This document shows positions 37,576-48,300 of a stretch of 64,000 nt of DNA, piece after piece. The stretch comes from a virus (taxonomy: Duplodnaviria > Heunggongvirae > Uroviricota > Caudoviricetes), in IMG/VR virus record IMGVR_UViG_3300045988_134250. The stretch is one strand, 5' to 3'. How positions within the stretch are numbered: the stretch's first letter is position 1; each line of letters begins with the position of its first letter. The position numbers were made by a program, and so were the translations under genes. The notes under the pieces are model-generated. The model did not search any database. It was not told where the DNA came from and saw only the letters and a program-made list of their open reading frames with translations.

Positions 37576-37649
37576 GGTAAGAGCATTTATGGCTCGCATC
37601 GCGGGAAAAAGCCCACGGTAGAGAGTCGAACTCTACAAATGCTCTTACC
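37576..37649 (-). repeat. Long hairpin element (13-bp perfect stem, 48-nt loop) directly 3' of tRNA-Thr
   Basis: ggtaagagcattt ... aaatgctcttacc; the same 13-mer ggtaagagcattt recurs at 37012. Confidence 0.5.
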
Positions 37650-37657
37650 TGTTGTGT

Positions 37658-37733
37658 TGGTGCCGGTTAACGGGATCGAACCGCTGACCATTCGCTTACA
37701 AAGCGACTGCTCTACCAACTGAGCTAAACCGGC
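37658..37733 (-). tRNA. tRNA-Thr (anticodon UGU)
   Basis: GCCGGTTTAGCTCAGTTGGTAGAGCAGTCGCTTTGTAAGCGA...AGCGGTTCGATCCCGTTAACCGGCACCA; folds canonically. Confidence 0.8.
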
Positions 37734-37737
37734 AATT

Positions 37738-37824
37738 TGGTGGGGAGTGATGGAGTCGAACCACCCGAGTCGCAATGACAGTAGATTTACAGTCTACCCC
37801 GCTACCCCTACGGACTAACTCCCC
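37738..37824 (-). tRNA. tRNA-Tyr (anticodon GUA), long variable arm
   Basis: Acceptor GGGGAGT/ACTCCCC, anticodon arm GTAGA-CTGTAAA-TCTAC, T-arm GGTGG-TTCGACT-CCATC, CCA. Confidence 0.65.
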
Positions 37825-37829
37825 TAAAT

Positions 37830-37904
37830 TGGCGATGGTGGGTGGATTCGAACCACCGACCAGTTGGTTAACAGCCAACTGCTCTACCGCTGAGCTACAC
37901 CATC
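37830..37904 (-). tRNA. tRNA-Asn (anticodon GUU)
   Basis: GATGGTGTAGCTCAGCGGTAGAGCAGTTGGCTGTTAACCAACTGG...GGTGGTTCGAATCCACCCACCATCGCCA; acceptor GATGGTG/CACCATC. Confidence 0.75.
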
Positions 37905-39139
37905 ACTTGCCGGGTACGTCTCCGGCGAGGGCTTCCACCTCCGTATGCTTTTCGGCGCACCGCGCCCTGGCTGCAATTCGGTAACAGGGGATGCACAACC
38001 CTGGCTTCCAGCGTGATTAGCGCCTTCAGCATGACGGGATATACCCGTTACAAGAAGTTCTCCCAGGATGCCATTAAGCAATGGCTGTTACGCGGGAAGG
38101 ACGCAACAGGTAAGGGCGCTGACCAGAAAGACCTGACCCTTCTCATTCATCTGGTTAATCACACCAGCGCCCTTGCCTGTTATGCCTCCCCGTTCCCTAA
38201 TACACAGACGGGGACACTCTGCGGTCGATTTTTTTGACGGGGGACGACTCATACCCCGTGGCGTCTGGCTTCTTAGCCCGCTACCATCATCAGATCATCG
38301 TTTGCATTTACTTTAATGGTCAGTTTCTAAACCGCCGCAAAGTCGCTAACCATGACGAAAACCCTAAAAAAGCCCACCCGAAGATGGGCAAATACGCTAC
38401 ATCTCACACAAGAAAGAAGCCGACTGCCTGAGCTGGATTCACTTTCAAATGCCCGCTGAAAGGGATCACAAGTCGGCTTCTTTCTTGATGCGGCACTCTC
38501 TCCGCCCGTCACCGCTCTGTCTCGGTTGTCGCGTTTGCCACGCCAGCCGTAACGAGGTTTAAAGTCTTTACACGTTTCCATCACTCGACTGCCGTCTGTG
38601 GCTGTTCGTTGCAGCGGGGGTGCCTCCCCCTGGGGATATCCCCGGCCTTACCCCATTCTTTCAAGACACAATGCAAGGCCACATCCGCATAGGTGCATTA
38701 CCGCAACATTAAGGAGACTCAGGGCAAAAGGTAACCGCCACAAAAATCCCTATGCCTCCTTAATGTTGAAGATGTGCATTGATGATTAGATGCAGCATGT
38801 ACCGTTACTCTCTGCCGGACCATCATCAATGAACACCTTAAAAAGACCTTCCGTGGCTCAACATGTATTGTCGTTTACTCCGCAAAGTGCTCTCTCTGAA
38901 ACCACTTTCCGCACTAAACCTGCTGAACTTTGGCCTGCACGGTGCCAAAGCGTGCTCTTGCATTACTATACATTTCTAACACTTTAATTTGTTAAATGCT
39001 GGTGGGCGAACAATAACCAATAAGTGACTATCAAGCCCAGCAAGCGAAACGTGGGTACCGCCCACCAGCAAGGAAAATTCTATGTTAAGTTATCTTCACA
39101 ATCAATACATTCGAATTGTGATTTTAGATTTCTAACACA

Positions 39140-40348
39140 TTATTTCCCATAAAGATCTTCTACACCCCCATTCTTCTTATCCCATTCGTTCGCCCATACC
39201 CGGCAAGCGTCAATGATTTCCTGACGACGATCTCCTTGCATGAACGGGATGCTTTCATGGAAACAGCTTGGAATGCAGGCCACACTGAATACAGTATCAA
39301 ACTCCGTCTGCTTGATTGCCTCCAGCGTCTCCGGACGCATTTTTAATTCATCGATTGGCGCATCCTTAGAGTCCATAATCCGGCGATATAAGCGCGGAAA
39401 ATCCGTCTCCAGATACGCCATAATTTTATCTGCGAGACATTCGTCTATGTCGGTATTCCAGTCCTTTTCGAAGCCCGGCAGGCGATAGTAAAGCGGCGTT
39501 CCCCATACCGATGGGATCACATCCATCGTTAACAGGCGATTGGTTCTGATTTGTTGATGGTAATTAGCCGTCAGCAGTGCTTCGCCACGCTGCCCAGTTT
39601 CCGCAACCAGGCCGTGCGGATACTCATGGATGTAGGCAATGGCATCCCTTCCATCATACATAAGTGGAAATGTCTCTGGTCTTTGTCCCATGCCACAAGC
39701 ACGGTTCAGATCGTGACCAAGCTGTGAGCACTCTCGCTTTAATGTTTCGATAATGCTCTGCGCTGTAGCCAACTTTTTACGCAGTGTGACGCCTTCGCCT
39801 TGATAATCAATGCATTGCTGATTGAGCTTGGTTAAACGCTCTTTTAGTTCCCGGCGCTCTCTTTTCAGCGTGCGGTTATCCTTCTCCGCAACATCCAGCC
39901 GCTTTGTCAGGCTTGGCGGATAGTCTTTTTTGTAACGGTTCAAATCGGCTTCGGCAGATTTACGCAGTGTATTTGCCTGTTCAAGACGCGCTTCCAGATT
40001 GCCGATCTCATTACGCATATTCGCGGCAAATTGATTAACTGCATCACCCAGGCTTTCAACTGTCGCTGATACGCCTGTGACTTGTGAAAAACGGATCAAG
40101 CCATCATTAACTGCTTGTTGGTATTCCTCAAACTGATCCACCAGCTTATTGTAATCAACTGCCCCATCATCAAGCAGCTTGTTGATTTCCGCCACCAGGT
40201 TATCTGTAGTGGCAATGACACTCTCGTGCAGTCGCTTTGACAGGTCATCACCCGGATTCCGTTTCTGTATAAGAGCGATTTGTGTGCGCAGCGTTTCAAT
40301 TGCTGTCGAGATAATTTCCAGATTAGAAGTATCAGTGTGTTGACTCAT
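39140..40348 (-). CDS. Hypothetical protein with long N-terminal coiled coil
   Basis: 402 aa; TTTCTAACA-type site about 35 nt upstream of the start. Confidence 0.45.
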   Translation of the reverse strand: MSQHTDTSNLEIISTAIETLRTQIALIQKRNPGDDLSKRLHESVIATTDNLVAEINKLLDDGAVDYNKLVDQFEEYQQAVNDGLIRFSQVTGVSATVESLGDAVNQFAANMRNEIGNLEARLEQANTLRKSAEADLNRYKKDYPPSLTKRLDVAEKDNRTLKRERRELKERLTKLNQQCIDYQGEGVTLRKKLATAQSIIETLKRECSQLGHDLNRACGMGQRPETFPLMYDGRDAIAYIHEYPHGLVAETGQRGEALLTANYHQQIRTNRLLTMDVIPSVWGTPLYYRLPGFEKDWNTDIDECLADKIMAYLETDFPRLYRRIMDSKDAPIDELKMRPETLEAIKQTEFDTVFSVACIPSCFHESIPFMQGDRRQEIIDACRVWANEWDKKNGGVEDLYGK

Positions 40349-40425
40349 TGCTATTCCCGTTACTTTGTTAAATTATTTTTCTAACATATTTTATTAGTTT
40401 GATGACAGTATCGAAAGATGCAATA

Positions 40426-40453
40426 AACAAAAAACCCGCTAATTGGCGGGTTT
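40426..40453 (-). terminator. Rho-independent terminator (bidirectional hairpin)
   Basis: aaaaacccgc-taattg-gcgggttttt between the 104 aa and 402 aa genes. Confidence 0.6.
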
Positions 40454-40461
40454 TTATGCAA

Positions 40462-40776
40462 TTACTGTGTTGCAGCCTGATAAATAAGATACGCGATAAA
40501 TACAGGTACGATGGCCCATTGCAGCAATGAAAGTAGCCTCATTACTGTTATTGGGGTAACTCCATCCACGTATTGTTTCTCTGACATTTTCCCGAACCAA
40601 CTAACCGACAACAGTGCCGAGTTTTCCCCCAATTCCAGCTCTCTGAGAGCTTCACGGATTAACGGCGCTGTCACAGCCTTAACCGGTGTGCTCAACGTGA
40701 TACTCCGCGTCCTCCCCGCATCGTCAGCGAACGCCAGACTCACATAATATTTTTTGCTCAATGTACAAACTCCCAA
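40462..40776 (-). CDS. Small protein with C-terminal TM helix
   Basis: 104 aa; C-terminus VMRLLSLLQWAIVPVFIAYLIY. Confidence 0.4.
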   Translation of the reverse strand: MGVCTLSKKYYVSLAFADDAGRTRSITLSTPVKAVTAPLIREALRELELGENSALLSVSWFGKMSEKQYVDGVTPITVMRLLSLLQWAIVPVFIAYLIYQAATQ

Positions 40777-40958
40777 TCATCAGCGCTTGCACTTTCCGGG
40801 GTTATGTGAACCTTATCGCCAGTAACAATATTGCGAGCTTCAAAACTTCCATTGATACGTTTCGAGATCTCAATACATAGAGCCTGCTGCCATGAGCGAC
40901 GACGAGCGATAGCATTAGTTCCTGCAGGGATAAGTTCTGCCACGTTAAGTAACCGCAA
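40758..40958 (-). CDS. Hypothetical small protein
   Basis: 66 aa ORF coupled between the VRR-NUC and membrane-protein genes. Confidence 0.35.
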   Translation of the reverse strand: MRLLNVAELIPAGTNAIARRRSWQQALCIEISKRINGSFEARNIVTGDKVHITPESASADDWEFVH

Positions 40959-40972
40959 AACGATTTCTCCGT

Positions 40973-41467
40973 TTAATCAAGACAAACATACTCCGTGATA
41001 GCTTTTATGGCTTCAGCGGCACTGCGCGCCTCAAAGCAGTAGTAACCGGCTTCTGTGAGGCGAGTCATCCAGACGAGTTGTTCGGGAGTCAGGCGATTTC
41101 TCCCATGTTTCATCTCAATGCGCATTCCGTGGTATCCCCCACAAGCAAGGTCTATAGAAAGATCGGGATATCCCTTCTTTTGGCCCTCTGCCACCATTTT
41201 TATTGCCGTCCTTATGCCTCGCAGGCCACCGTTTGGAGTGGCGTGAGTATGCTCATACACATAACGCATATTGCGATACATCCAGTCCAGGACGCGAACC
41301 TGCTCGTAATGCTCATGGTTCCTTTTGATTAGATCTGGGTTTTTCTCCAGTTCTCTAAGAGCTGCGGCATGTGGGGATGTTTCAGAATATTCACTACGAC
41401 GCCTTCTCTTTCGCGCTATTTTTCTAACACACCCATTGATAGTAAATATGCGAAATAATAACAACAA
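40973..41467 (-). CDS. VRR-NUC-domain nuclease-like protein with Arg-rich N-terminal extension
   Basis: 164 aa; GYPDLSIDLACGGYHGMRIEMK fits the PD-(D/E)xK VRR-NUC pattern; a GTGTTAGAAAAA site lies inside the annotated N-terminal codons, so the start is uncertain. Confidence 0.5.
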   Translation of the reverse strand: MLLLFRIFTINGCVRKIARKRRRRSEYSETSPHAAALRELEKNPDLIKRNHEHYEQVRVLDWMYRNMRYVYEHTHATPNGGLRGIRTAIKMVAEGQKKGYPDLSIDLACGGYHGMRIEMKHGRNRLTPEQLVWMTRLTEAGYYCFEARSAAEAIKAITEYVCLD

Positions 41468-41603
41468 CGTTAGATTTGTAAAACAAGAGAGATACTACTC
41501 AAGGATGGTCTATATGCAACAGGTCGGATTTGCTTTTAGAGTAAAGAGTGACCTTAATCAACAAGGAGGGTAAATCGCATGGCATTTACCCAACCTGTTA
41601 TTT

Positions 41604-41864
41604 TTAAAGGGTTATTTTATCCTGTTCGGATAATTCTTTGATTGTCTTGTCGATTGCGATCAACCAACCTTCATAGGTTAAATCATCAACAAGTTCTACC
41701 AACTTATCATCGGTGTGAGGAAAGTATATCCAGCTCCAGTTCGCAGGGTTTTCTGCTTTTCGCAGCGTAAAAACCTTCTTGTATCGGTGGAACTCAAGGA
41801 TATACCCCTTCGATATGGAATATTCCTTTAGGTCTTCGACCGTAAACCTACGATTCTTTCGCAT
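41604..41864 (-). CDS. Hypothetical small protein
   Basis: 86 aa; start overlaps the upstream stop (ATGA). Confidence 0.4.
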   Translation of the reverse strand: MRKNRRFTVEDLKEYSISKGYILEFHRYKKVFTLRKAENPANWSWIYFPHTDDKLVELVDDLTYEGWLIAIDKTIKELSEQDKITL

Positions 41865-41866
41865 GG

Positions 41867-42301
41867 CTACCCCATAATTCGATATTTCTCTATAGACTCG
41901 TCGTAACTTGTGTACACGTATGGCTCTGTATCATCGGCATAAGGTGCGACTTCCAGAGCATGAACAGGATTGTATACCGCGTCATTTTCCAGGCGATCGC
42001 TCGAATACAGATGCCCAGCCAAAACCGTAAGCGCCGGGCGACTCATTTTGTAGATCTCTGCCACATCACTATCTACAACTTGTCCAAATGATATGTCGCC
42101 GCGCTCCAGCAATAACGTTTTAAGCGCAGGCCACCACGGCCCATAAAGGTGATAAAGCTGTGGATCTCGTTTCAGCCTTTCCACCATGCCATTCAGATAT
42201 GCATCCAGAAACGCCTCTTCACTCCTGCCATTGAGCGCCTGCGGCAAAATGTCCTCAAGGTAGGATTCCGTCGGTTTTACAGTGTCAATTAATGTCGTCA
42301 T
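41867..42301 (-). CDS. Hypothetical protein immediately downstream of the DarB-like gene
   Basis: 144 aa ORF. Confidence 0.4.
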   Translation of the reverse strand: MTTLIDTVKPTESYLEDILPQALNGRSEEAFLDAYLNGMVERLKRDPQLYHLYGPWWPALKTLLLERGDISFGQVVDSDVAEIYKMSRPALTVLAGHLYSSDRLENDAVYNPVHALEVAPYADDTEPYVYTSYDESIEKYRIMG

Positions 42302-42337
42302 TCAAATTCGGCCCCAGTTGGGGCCGCTCCTTATCTG

Positions 42338-45300
42338 TTAGGCCGCATCGGCGATTATTTTACGCAGTTCATCTACCGAGTAACGCGTAGATACCATCCA
42401 TGCAGGACGGTCAAAGTTCACATCAGCAACCGGGTTTGCTTCAAAATTCCAGAAACGTCCGCCAATCTTCTTAATCGCGTCTTTGGCGTTCCGTATTGTC
42501 GAGGAACCTGGTTGGTCGGCAATGAGATAAACCGCGCCAACGTCCTCGCTGACGCTCCACCAGCGCCCGCGAACACGCGCCTTAGCGCGAATCGGCTTAT
42601 CATTAACCACAATGATATAGTCATCATTCGCCGCTTCATCAGCTCTGGCTTCAGCCACTGCCGCCTGCTCTTCTCTTTTGCTTTCAGCCTGCTCAAGCCT
42701 TTCCGCGATCTCTGATTCAGTGGCCCCGCCGTTTTTCAGCGATACATAGTCCTGCCACGTTGCCGATTTGAGCGTATCCGGCAACTCATTCACATAGTCG
42801 CCGTCTTTCAACTCACGGGCGCGGCGGGTAGCCATTTCTACCAGGCGATTAACAGAAACAGCATCAGCAAAATCGTCCTTACTAATGTGTTTTTCATCAA
42901 ATGCATTGATGACAGCCCCCACCTTAATCCACTGTGCTGCCGGTGATTCCAGGGGGTTATCAGCCTGAACAATGGCGAGTTTCGCTCCATCTACCCCATT
43001 ATTCGCCAGCTGTTCCAATGCCGCCCATCCATCTGCATCACTGAGTGATTTATATTGCTCAAACAATGCATCGCGCCAGGCCACCAGCGCAGAACGTGTT
43101 TTTTCGATCTTCGCCTTAATTTTCGCGATCTTGACCTGATTAAACATCCGTTCAATATCATCGATATTGCTAAAGGCTTTCATCCTGCCCTGGAATAAAC
43201 GGTATGCCAGCACGGTCCTCCAGAATGATTCCAGACCTTCTCCGGACGGTTTGCGGAACAAGCTAAGAATATCTTCAGAAGTGACTTTATTAAGCGAACG
43301 ACCTGACAGACCACGCCCAGCCATCCAGTTTTCGAACTCATGGGCAACATCATCCATCGTTGCCTGTGCGCCCCATGCCTGCATTCCCTGGGTGTAATCA
43401 TACCCATACAATGCCTGGAGGAATCCCTCGCCGTCCACGATATTCAGCGGGTTATCACTGGCTTGTATTTTTGCCACTTCACGCTTCAGCGCCTCGTCGT
43501 TGCCATCAGGATATATCCATCGCTCAGGTGCTATATCCGATGCTCGCCCGATTTTTTGGCCTATCACGCCATCATAGGCCGATGACAGCGCGATCTGACC
43601 ATCATCTGTGCGATATGCCCAGTATTTAATAGCTGACCCACCGCCCCATGCATTACCAGGTTTACCAGCAATAACATTCATTACCCCATTGCGAATAGCA
43701 TCATAGAACTGATCGCGAGTAAGTATTGTTGATAGCTGGTGGCACTGAACACCACGCGCAGCCGTTGCGCGCGATTCAGCTACCCCCTCTTCAAAAGTTA
43801 CCGCTTCAATCACAGAGTCAAACGGCAATGTAACGATTGACCCCGGTGCTCGAGCGTAACGACTTGCTCTATCCAGCCAGGCGATACGGCAGAGGTATTG
43901 TGCTTTTTCACCGTCAATTTTTTCCACCCGGACAATCGCTGTTGTTTCGCGATCATCAATGACTGCACGGTAATAACTACCTTTATGCAACAGGATATTC
44001 TTGTCAGTGCGCATATATTCCTGTGGGTTCTGAATAACATCGATACTGATATCCAGCACACCAGACTTAATAGCGCGCTCCACATCACCACGAGAGCGTT
44101 TCATTATGGTATCCGCGTCTTTTGCCCTGGTGATCGCAAACCGCAGCACCCGCGCACGTTTTCTGTAGCTACTCAACTGCTCAAGCGCGTATTTTTGCCC
44201 ATTCCTGTTCGTACCCGCTTTTATCAGGTCGTCAAGATTGCGCTGGTAATACTCTATCTGTTCCATCGCGCTTTTCAGTTCTGTCTCCATCATGCCGATA
44301 TCTTTTCCGGCGGCGTTTGCCGCTTTCAGGTAGATATCGAGAGCATTGTTGGCCTCGCGCTGTGCTTTCAGTTTCAGACGTTCTTCACGCTCTTGCGCCT
44401 GGCGAGCCATGATTGCGCGGCGTTCTTCCGGGTTTGCCGCCAGCATAATGGCGCGTTCATCAGCATCATCCGCATCACCATTGGCGATCTCTGACATGTC
44501 GGATGTCATCACCATCTTGATCCAGTCTTTCTTACGTTTCAGCGTATCCAGACGGAAGTCGTCGAATGTGCCTTTGCCACAATAGTAGTGAACATTGACC
44601 TTTTCTTGCGGTGAACCTACGCGCGCACCGCGCCCATTTCGTTGGTCGATACTGGCTGGTGTCCAGGGTAGTGTCAGGTGGTGGATATCGGTTGTCCCGA
44701 TGTGCAGGTTAATACCTACTTCAGCCTTCTTGTTACAGATTATGATGCGCGTGCGACCTTCGTTATAGTCGGCGGCAATACCTTCCATGCCCTCAAGGCC
44801 AGCATCATTTTTAGCGGAGAGATAATCCTCATATTGGGCAAGTTTGCTGTAGTAGGTTTCCCATGCCCCTTCTTTGTATTCACCGTTTTTGTTTGGAGTA
44901 GGTTCGGTCGGCTTATTCACCTTCTTCAGCTTGATGCCACCAGCCTGGCTAACTGTCGTCGCATTGATAATGCCAATCTCCTGCTCCGGCATTTGCAGTG
45001 CACTGGCGATAATACGGCGCAGCTTCTGGTGCTGGGCTTTTTCATCAATAAAGACGATCTGCTTACCGTTCTTCAGACCTTCACGAAGATTTTCGATCAG
45101 CGCGGCATACTTCGGCGGGATGGGGTGCGACACCTGCTGCATATCAATGCCGGCAGCCGCAATGGCCTTCAGTATTTCAGCTTCCAGTTCAATGCTGGCA
45201 CGTATTTCAACATGCGTCGGATGTTCACTAAAAGCGGTCTTCACTACCTTGCTGGTACGCGTACTGACCAGCCCGCCAGCGCCGTCTTCCTCGGCCTCAT

Positions 45301-48300
45301 CAACATCATCTGCCACTTTACCGCCAGCTACTTTTGGCAAGGCATCAGCAATAGCTTTTACCTGGTCTGCAAGCTCAACGGGGAACTGGAATGTAATCGC
45401 ACTGGCATACAGATCCGGGTCTATAGCAACCTTATCCATGTCACGGATGATGGAGAAGATGAAATCATCCGGTTTGTCGTTAGTGATATGCCCGTTTTCA
45501 TCGACTGTCAGCTCATCATTGCGACTTAACTCCTGAGCACGCTTACGAAGCTCTTCATAAGCAGTCTCCTGCTCCCCTGTCATCGGGATCTGCAAGGTGT
45601 TCTCGATGATGTCGGGAATTTTAACCGTCGCTCCGACATCTGCAGCAGTCTTCAGAGTGGTCCAACGATGGAAAATACCACGCAGGCCGTCAAGGTTCTG
45701 GAAGCCCACCAGCCCCTGCTTCTCTTCCACTTCCCCGGAAATTTTCTGGACCTGAACTGTGGCTGTTTTGCCAAACACACGAACGAAATCATCAGGCGTA
45801 ATGATGCCCATACGCATCCACTCTTCCTGCGGAATGACAGTAGACAGCATGTTGAAGGCATCAATCGGACTGTTCACCAGCGGTGTTGCCGTCAGCATGA
45901 CTACACCACGCCCGTTGTTGCGTTTCATCATGTACGCAGCTTTTACAGCCATGTCGCGGGCCATCTTGGATACTGCCGGGTTAGGCAAATATGCCAGTTG
46001 TCCCGCTTCACGCCCGGCATTAAAGGAGTTGCGGTAGTTATGCCCCTCGTCGGCAATCACGCTATCGAAGTTCATATCCTCAAAGTAAGGGATATTCTGC
46101 TTCTTCGTTGTACCGGTATTCGCGGCCTGATCCTTAATCTTGTTCTTCTTCTGCGCATCACGGTGTTTACCGGACGCCAGGTCAAGACGCCCCATTTCCA
46201 CAGCATTAAAGACAGCTTGCTGTGAGTTCTCCTCGATGGTTTTTTCTCGTAGCGGGATAGACGCGAATTGTTCTTTTGTCATGATGACCGTTCGCCAATT
46301 TGACGACGGGATCATGTTCATACGCTGAACGATAACGGCGCTGGAGGACTCTTTCACAACATTTCTGGTAAGAGGCTGCCCGTTACTGTCGAGGCGTGGT
46401 TCGCCATTTTCATCAAGCACCGGCGCGGTCAGAATATTTCCGCTGTCATCACGAACTTCATCCAAACCGATAAACATCATATTGGCGAAGGCATCAGCAC
46501 TGTAGAAACTCTGTGCCTCGTGATACCAGTTCTGATAAACCGCCTTCGGAACAACAATACACGTGCGTTTAGTGCGACCTGTTTCGAAGTTATACGCCTC
46601 AAGCGCAAGCGCGGTCGTGGTTTTACCCAGCCCGGTACCAAATCCCATGATGCCACGCCCATCTTCTGACAAGCGCCGAACTTCTTCATTCTGATAAGTC
46701 AGAGGAATGCGCTTTCCACTAATCCCTTCCAGGCCAAGCGGTGCGTCAGAATGTGTGAACGGAATGAAACCATTGAATGCGTCGTTATAGTCACGGGCTA
46801 TCTGATCCGCCTGCGGGTGGGTGCGTAACCAGTCGTTAAAGCTAACTTCCAGTTGAGCAATTTTATCCAGGTACTCGTTAGCGTTCTGCCCACGCGGTTT
46901 AACACCGTTCAGGTAGTTTTCTAACTGGTTCAGGAAGCCGTCTTTATTGTTGGCCTTCTTGAACTCATTCCCGTTTTTGCCGTTTACGGTTCGTAGCTGA
47001 TAGCCGGTAAATACCCCGTCCTTACCTTCGTAATCGTCCGGAGATACCAGAATGCCATCGACGACCTTCAGATCAGGTTCAGTGTACTTAAACTCGTCAT
47101 AGCCCTGCTCTGCCAGGAACTCTTTTATCAAGCGGCGATCCAGCCAGCGGGCATTCAGATTAACGGTGACTTTATTTAGTGGCGTGAAAATGCGTTTCTC
47201 TTCGATTTTCGCCAACTGACGCTCAAAGTTCGCTTTCTGCTCACCTGTTGACGCATCACGCCAGCCCACCAGCAGTGCTGTTTTGGTTGCAACATCGCCG
47301 CTGGTGGCGCGGTCCATCGGCAGCAGACAGCCATACCCATCAATAGCGATATCATCAAATTTCGCCAGGTATTCAAGGACCGCGTCGTCGTCCTCTGGCA
47401 GTTCACCAGCAAACGCCTCACGAAAGTCGCCCAGCGTTATAGGATTAAGGGCTACATCACTAAAAAGATGTGCTATCACTTGTTCAGGACGCGTAAAGTC
47501 AATACCGGCAGCACCATCCGTTACATCAAGTCGCCCTGCCAGAAGGTCAGAAGTGGAACCATCCTGTTTCACATTGCCAGTGAACGTCATCCAGTTTTTA
47601 GCGCCAGCTTCAGCAAGCCCATTCAGCTTAATCGCGTGCGGTGGTCCATACTTCGCAACTTCTGCTGCCGCCAAGCGGGATGCATCTGCCAGTTTGTCAT
47701 CAACGTTCACCCCCAGGTTACGCAAATCAAGTGCCTTGTTGATCAACTGACCTATCAGTGCACCGCGCATAACGCGCTCCCTGTCTTTTTCTCGCTGCTT
47801 GCCAGCAAAGCGAATCATTGCTGCCACTTCATCACTGACAACCGATGGATAGTCGGACGCGATCGCCGATATCTGGTCCCATGACAAAGCCAGAATCCCG
47901 TTTGTTGACTGGAACGCGATCTGCAGATCGCCAAACGTCGAAACACCATATCGACTTACATCAAGCGCGGAGGATTTGGTTGTCGTGTCCTGAACCCATT
48001 TCAGACCATCAAACTCATGCCAGATACCGCCTACAAGGCGTTTATCGCCCACTTTCGCGCCCTGCCATGCCTGAGTAGTTACGCCGAGCAAATCCCAATT
48101 GATGCGACTATCAAAGCGACGAGATAGCGCGGTTTTCATCGACTCATTGGATACACGACCGTCTTTTTTCACCACTAGGGTATTGCGGAAGCTGGTACGT
48201 TCCATGTCGCCGTAAACAAATCGCTTCCCTTCGGTTGTAAACCATTTCCCTTTGAGGAAGGTAACCCAAAGGACGTTTGCCGATTTGAGCGTCGAATCAT

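Noticed and set aside
37576-37649. A 74-nt element with tRNA-like length and an internal T-arm-like hairpin, considered as an additional tRNA gene
   Set aside because: It has a 13-bp terminal stem and no acceptor/D/anticodon arrangement; a T-arm directly adjacent to a 7-bp acceptor cannot be formed on either strand. Kept as a structured trailer repeat instead.
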